A stretch of DNA of 64,000 nt, taken from the NCBI GenBank assembly GCA_965112155.1, contig OZ218099.1; one strand, written 5' to 3'. Shown here in pieces: positions 62,028 through 64,000 of the stretch. The DNA is from Podarcis liolepis (taxonomy: Eukaryota). The position numbers and the translations under genes are program-made. Within the stretch, counting starts at the first letter, position 1, and every line of letters begins with the position of its first letter. The notes under the pieces are model-generated. The model did no database searches. It saw only the letters and a list, made by a program, of their open reading frames with translations, and was not told where the DNA came from.

Positions 62028-62442
62028 ATGACCGAAGTATCAATGTGGCAAGACTGTGAGATCAGACGTGAGGATTCCATTATGGGCTCCGGCCACAAGG
62101 ACGATAAGGGCAGCTTTGGACCTGACCCGCTATCTCCCACCTCTCCCATTGGCTCCCACAAGTGCCCGTCTCCCTCGCCACACAGCTCCAAAGAAGTCTG
62201 GAAGAAAGGAGGGCGTGTCTTCTCCATTCTACTAGCCATCAATTTGGTGCTTCTGTCCTGCACACTGGTCAGCGGTGGGGCTTTCCAAGAAGTAAAGCTG
62301 CATGACTATGATGTCTTTTTCATGCTCATCATTGTGATGCTGATCAACATTGCCTGGATGCTCTTCTACATCTTCAGAACCTCCCGGCTGCAGGGTGCCA
62401 TTCCTTGCAAGGACAACCATGCAGGGCCCATCTGGCTGAGAG
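62028..62442 (+). CDS. OTOP2: Otopetrin-2 proton channel, first coding exon
   Basis: EVWKKGGRVFSILLAINLVLLSCTLVSGGAF...DNHAGPIWLRG is characteristic of OTOP2. Donor G|GTGAGC (phase 1); synteny with USH1G. Confidence 0.93.
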
Positions 62443-62867
62443 GTGAGCAGGAAGCTATATGTTGTTGGGGTGGGAAGGACAAAGCGTAAACAGGATGAGC
62501 AAGTGGGTCTTATTCCCATGGGAATGGGGCAAATCCATGAAAAGGGTGCTGCTGCATTCATAAGAACATAATAAGAAACAGCTGGATCAGGCCAGTGGCC
62601 CAGTGTAGTACATCAACCTATTCTCACAGTGACCAAGCACAGTCCTGCCTATATTTAATCAAAAATCTCAGCTGTTCTCTAAGTTCTGCGAGACTTGCTG
62701 TTCTGCTGAGAGCCGTAAGCGGGAAATACCTTCAGTGTCCAAGAAGAAAGCTGGGTAAAAAGTTATGTCACATTTGGTGTGGCAGCCAGAGGTGATGCCA
62801 GGATCTGGAGCATCTAACCCAGATTCATGAGTTTTCAAAGCAAAGCCGTTGATCCAGTACAATCCCT

Positions 62868-62870
<3 letters not shown>

Positions 62871-62910
<40 letters not shown>
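62871..62910. repeat. (CA)n microsatellite
   Basis: Perfect AC run, ~20 units. Confidence 0.98.
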
Positions 62911-62911
<1 letters not shown>

Positions 62912-63427
62912 ACACCCCAACCACTTATCCTCCAGTGCTTTGGAGAGCATTAAGGAGGGTGGATTTAAGAATTACAGAAGCAAGCAAGTGACATAATATT
63001 GCTGGGGAGGCTCAGATGTCTTGTCTGCCTGTCAAACAGAAAATGACGTGGTGCAGATCTTTTGCCAAAGGGGCCCAGCAGAAATCTGGAGCCAGCTCTG
63101 AGTACCCATGTATAATCAAGGACTTGGAAGAGTTGGAGCTCCATTTACTGAGATGGATTCTTCACCCTGACATTGAGTTTGGACTTGATTTGCTTGAGGC
63201 AACACACACACACACGGGTTATTTTTGCTTTTATAAAATGGAATACCTAATTAGACTCCTGTTTCAGCAGACTGGTACCTTGTGCAGGAAATTCCATTAT
63301 TGTTACTTTATGTGGGCTGCTGGCATAAAGGATCCATGGCTGTGGGTAAAAAGACAAAATGGAGGGACTATAGGAGTCTAGGAATCTGATGTGCATGGAA
63401 TGTGATTGCATTTTCTTTCCAAAACAG

Positions 63428-63564
63428 GAGGCTTGGTCTTGTTTGCAGTCCTCTCACTGGTAATGGATGCTTTTAAGACCGGATATTATTCCAGCTACTA
63501 TAAGTGCCTGTCACCCATCAGAATAATGTTTCCAGTGGTACAGGGTGTGTTTGTGATCACTCAG
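63428..63564 (+). CDS. OTOP2: Otopetrin-2 second coding exon (gene continues beyond window)
   Basis: Acceptor TTTTCTTTCCAAAACAG|GA, 137 nt, GLVLFAVLSLVMDAFKTGYYSSYYKCLSPIRIMFPVVQGVFVITQ, donor CAG|GTGAGT; phase compatible. Confidence 0.93.
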
Positions 63565-64000
63565 GTGAGTTGGGCTCTTCTTTGGGGTACATAGGAGATG
63601 GTCTATGGTGGGGGAAGCCAGCCTGGGACTCTCCAGATGTTGTTGGACCCCAAATCCCATCAGTTCCAGCCAGCATGGCTAAGGCTTAGGGAAGATGGGA
63701 GTTCAGATCTTGCTGTGACTGATTCACTGAACCCAGCACATGCAGCAACCTTAGCTGAGATGAGGAAGCAAAAGGAATGGGTGGTGGCAAGTTCTTTAGC
63801 CTTGTTAGCTGTGCTTGTGTTTACTGGAGACTGTTCTTAGTTAGGATCTTGTCTGCTAGGAGGAGACTGGATAAAACTATGCCACTGTTTCCTTTTTGTG
63901 TGGCCTCACAGCTGCCTGGTTAATATACTTAGAGAGCCTCTTGTCTGTCTTTTGGATTACTTTTAGACCTGGAAAGGTTAGCATTCCTGTAGAAAACATT

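Noticed and set aside
1-64000. CRISPR arrays, operons, true tRNA/rRNA genes
   Set aside because: Eukaryotic intron-containing DNA; all tRNA- and 5S-like pieces are degenerate SINE heads.

Overview
Vertebrate nuclear DNA, most likely from a lacertid lizard, judged from the Sauria SINE, Squam3, BovB, CR1, L2 and Penelope repeats. The right third holds the complete 3-exon USH1G (SANS) gene on the minus strand (CDS 59299-59136, 47705-46473, 45180-45177; 1401 nt, 466 aa). It lies head-to-head with the first exons of an OTOP2 (otopetrin-2) gene on the plus strand, which runs off the window. The left ~43 kb is repeat-rich intergenic DNA. It contains a processed CDK9 pseudogene with an unusually long target-site duplication and no poly(A) tail, and a fold-back Penelope remnant carrying minimal hammerhead ribozymes. 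Several SINEs share one CR1 tail but have different Pol III heads. The best candidate for an undescribed system is a 745-bp non-coding LTR/DIRS-like cassette (15788-16532), whose predicted transcript folds into a U-rich internal-loop (ENE-like, poly(A)-capturing) structure. Repeat family names come from recognition by eye, not from database searches, and repeat boundaries are approximate unless a TSD or TIR is quoted.
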